Source: Eledone cirrhosa (Eukaryota). From it: a DNA stretch of 64,000 nt. The notes beneath the pieces are model-generated. The model had not been told where the DNA came from, made no database searches, and saw only the letters and a program-made list of their open reading frames with translations. This document shows, piece by piece, positions 60,518 through 64,000 of the stretch (within the stretch, counting starts at the first letter, position 1; the number at the start of each line of letters is the position of its first letter). The position numbers and the translations under genes were made by a program. Location: positions 25,730,001 to 25,794,000 of the forward strand of contig OZ024755.1 of NCBI GenBank assembly GCA_964016885.1, in the 5' to 3' direction.

Positions 60518-61290
60518 ATAACGAAGGAGTTGTGGTGATGGACCATAATGCACCAGAGTACTCGATACTAGGGTAGTAGAGTGGGTAATAGGAAAATGTA
60601 TGATCCCGACGGCAGAGCTCAAGCCGTTTCGATGGCTATTTCTGGACTAAGTTAGAATTTTTAGCCTGGTAAATCAAGGGGTACATCCTTATATGGGAAG
60701 ATTGTATTTGTCAAGAGGATTGGTCAAAATTTCTTGTAAACACAATTAAGTCTATCATGGCAGTGGGTGGGAGGTGGGGATGGCTGAACTTGCAATGAGG
60801 GAGTGGGTGGAGCTGGTCAAACGTTGAAAGGGAAATCTATACAGCAAATTCTAAGGATTGTTTATAAAAGTAGGCCAGAGGAAGTAGGCGAGAAAGGGTT
60901 CTGGAGAAAATAGAGGAGGGATGTTATGGAATAGGTAAATTAATTGAGATTTGGAGACAATAAAAAAATAAGAGAAAGATATATAAAAATATAAAATTGG
61001 ATAGTAAGAAGTGAAAAAAGCAAAGACTGGAGTCCAAAACAAGCTGCTATAATTAGTTGGTGTTGCTTTATCAGCCACTGCTATAGAATAGGTCAATAAG
61101 TTGAGAATAGAAGATACTAAATAAGAATATTTGAAGTTATAGAATTGTGTAGTAAAAAGTAATACAGAATCTCTGGGGTTTAACACAGCTGCTATGATTG
61201 GTTAGTATTGCGTTTTCGGCCAATGCTATCTTTAATTTACTGAGTCTACACAGGCCTGATGGGCTGCCTCGAGTAGGTGGAAGGTGAAAA
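60518..61290 (-). mobile_element. TA-flanked repeat with a degenerate hammerhead (probably Penelope-like)
   Basis: Minus strand has GAAA-CGGC..GCCG-TC-GGGA, with upstream ACCCC and GGCTA/TAGCC stems but a damaged CTGANGA box; homologous to 49357-49490. Confidence 0.45.
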
Positions 61291-62814
61291 AATTATATAT
61301 ATATATATATACATTATTTATATATATATTATAAATAGTTCAAGGAGACAACAAACAGAGGTACAAAAAATCTTATTAGTTTCACACTTTATATTGGAAA
61401 GAGGAAAAAAAGTTTGACATGTTGGGCTTAAGCCCTTCTTCAGGAGTACAAAATAGAGACAGGATCACAGAGGAGAAACAAAGAAAAAAAGATCTGAGTA
61501 AAGAAAAATCATACATATATTATATATATTATATATATTATGTATATTATTTTTATATATATATAATACATATATTAGATATAAATATTTATATTATATA
61601 CATATATATATATATATATTATCATCATCATCATCAATTATATCATATATATATACATATTACATATGTCTTATATATATATATATACTAACTGGCCCCA
61701 TGACGGCTAATTGTAATATCTATACATAATATAAAAAAGAGATGTTGGTTGGTTGGTTCCTTTGCGCTCACTCACACAAGTGATACAAACACACATCTGT
61801 GATGAATTTCAGAATGCTGGACTTCTATAGTTCCCCCCCCCCCACTCCTTCCTCAGACATCACATTGATCTGTGTGTATGTAATAATTATTTTTTCTAAG
61901 TGTGTCTGTTTATATATATGTATGTGTAGATTCGTGTGTGTGTTCGTAATTCTATTGTCTAAGTATCTTTCTAAATAAACATACATATACATTCACACAA
62001 ACACTCACATAATCATAACAACCGATGTGTGTAGCCAATTCGCTTTACATATACACACACACCCCGCTTCCTTCCTCAGTCGACGTAATCACCCCTGCGT
62101 TACGGACAAATACACACGGCTATTATATTAGTATATATATATATTTACACACACATGTACATATATTATATATATCATATATATATGTATATCATATATA
62201 TACGTATATTATATATATGTATATTATATGTATGTCTATATAAATATTAGTAAAAGGAAAAGAAAATGCTGACAAATTTTTCCCAGTGAAAAATAGTTTA
62301 ATTAGGAATAAGTATAAATTAGTAATAAGTATTGGTTAGTATTCAGTTTTAGTTTTAAGTTTTTACCGGTTGCGCATTTCTAATGCTTTTCAAAAATAAT
62401 TTTGAGATAGAGCGCTCGTGATGTTTGCTCTAATCTGACATACATATATATATGTATGTATGTCTATGTATATATATATGTATGTACTATATATATATAT
62501 CTATATATACTATATATATATATATGTCTATATATATATATCTATATATACTATATATATATATATGTCTATATATATATATCTATATATACTATATATA
62601 TATATATATATGTCTATATATATATGTCTATATATACTATATATATATATATATATGTCTATATATACTATATATATATATATCTATATATATATATGTA
62701 TGTCTATATATATATATATATATGTATATATGTAGGTGAGTTTTATTGTAGCACAATAAAGCAATGCAACTATCGGATAAGTAGCACTCTACAGTTTGTA
62801 GGATTGGAGTATAA

Positions 62815-62998
62815 ATAATATAAGATCAAAAGATGGTTAAAAGAGTTCCAAGTATTTTATTATGCGCATTTCAAAAACAAATATCTCCCTATTTTATCTG
62901 ATGAGACCGCAGATATCATCCCGTGGTGATATTTGTTTTTGAAATGCACATAATAAAATACTTGGAACTCTTTTAACCATCTTTTGATCTTATATTAT
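62815..62998. repeat. Fold-back inverted repeat, 71-bp arms (1 mismatch), 42-nt spacer
   Basis: 62815-62885 versus 62928-62998. Confidence 0.93.
62890..62960 (+). ncRNA. Type I hammerhead ribozyme motif
   Basis: TATTTTAT-CTGATGA-GACCGCAGATATCA...TGATATTTGTTTTT-GAAA-TGCACA-TA-ATAAAATA; perfect 8-bp stem I. Confidence 0.7.
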
Positions 62999-63240
62999 AT
63001 ATGTATATATATATGTATGTCTATATATACTATATATATGTATATATATATGTATGTCTATATATACTATATATATGTATATATATATGTATGTCTATAT
63101 ATACTATATATATATATTTATATATGTATGTCTATATATAATATATATATATCATCATTATTGTCATCATTCTATACTCGTTTCAGTAGGACACACATAC
63201 ACACACATACATACATATATATATATATGTATGTAACATA

Positions 63241-64000
63241 AATTTTGAGTATATGTTGGTTGTATGCAGGCTGGAGCACTCGACGAAGTGCGCAGGTTGG
63301 TTTGGTTACTCCGGAGTAATGTAAAATAAAATAAAATAAATAAGTCAAATGTTTAAAATTTGGCTTCGTTTATTACTGCTATATATATTTCGGTGACAGC
63401 CATCTTTGGCTGTAACCTCTTCAGGCAGTCCGAATTAGTGTGGTAGAGACGAGTACACATGTTGTTGAGGTGTATAACTTTGTCAATACTCTGATATGCC
63501 CAGTTCCTGGTTGGGTTGTTATTTCACTGAGGAACTGGAATCATATGAATTTAAACAAACGAATTTCAGCGTCAAAGGGCCTCTTCTCCTCTCATTGGTC
63601 AGTTGTTAGACCATTCCTCAGTCAAAAGTCTATAGAAATTGACCTTACAAATCTTTATAACATTGAGATGGGTATAACACACACACATTTTATTCGATTA
63701 TTTTATTTTATTTTGTTCCTTTACCATCTTATTCCTTCTACCACTTTATCATTTTTTTTGAGCTGAATCCAACAACAACACCACTATCAACATAAGAATA
63801 GAGGTCAGATGTACCTAACAATAACAAGAACAACAACTACAGATTGGCTTGCCTCAGAACGAATTTCTATAGACTTTTGACTGAGGAATGTTCTAACAAC
63901 TGACCAATGAGAGGAGAAGAGGCCCTTTGATGCTGAAATTTGTTTGTTTAAATTCATATGATTCCAATTCCTCAGTGAAATAACAACCCAACCAGGAACT
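63241..64000. mobile_element. Penelope-like element in inverted arrangement, running off the window end
   Basis: Homology to 20065-20312; hammerhead at 63375-63429 (minus); inverted arms 63502-63640 and 63862-64000. Confidence 0.7.
63375..63429 (-). ncRNA. Minimal type I hammerhead ribozyme
   Basis: ACTGC-CTGAAGA-GGTTACAGCCA-AAGA-TGGCTGTCACC-GAAA-TATATA-TA-GCAGT; intact core, 5-bp stem I, stem II 10/11 paired, palindromic stem III. Confidence 0.8.

Noticed and set aside
62452-63236. Y/I-rich ORFs
   Set aside because: (TA)n-derived low-complexity sequence.

Overview
AT-rich, microsatellite-dense eukaryotic DNA. The repeat landscape ((TA)n/(CA)n/(CAT)n tracts, tRNA-derived SINEs, RTE/CR1/L1-Tx1/R4-like LINE scraps, Penelope-like elements, Tc1/mariner, hAT and TTAA-type MITEs) suggests an octopus or other coleoid genome; this is inference. 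The window holds one complete protein-coding gene on the + strand: adenylyl cyclase-associated protein (CAP/Srv2). It has 13 exons from 22411 to 55542, all GT-AG and phase-consistent, giving about 623 aa (477 aa from the internal Met at 22849). Two things stand out. (1) The 14.5-kb first intron contains two further ATG-initiated, phase-1-compatible candidate first exons: a Tyr/Pro/Gln-rich one at 30467-30563 and an MGxCxS myristoyl/palmitoyl-type one at 33028-33427. The main first exon itself starts MFCC plus a polybasic stretch, so the gene may swap N-termini (membrane anchor, low-complexity module, or RLE oligomerisation domain). (2) There are at least five recognisable type I hammerhead ribozyme motifs from several Penelope-like families, plus degenerate copies. 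Most lie next to (TA)n tracts, and several sit in long fold-back palindromes. Everything was read by eye, so repeat boundaries are approximate.
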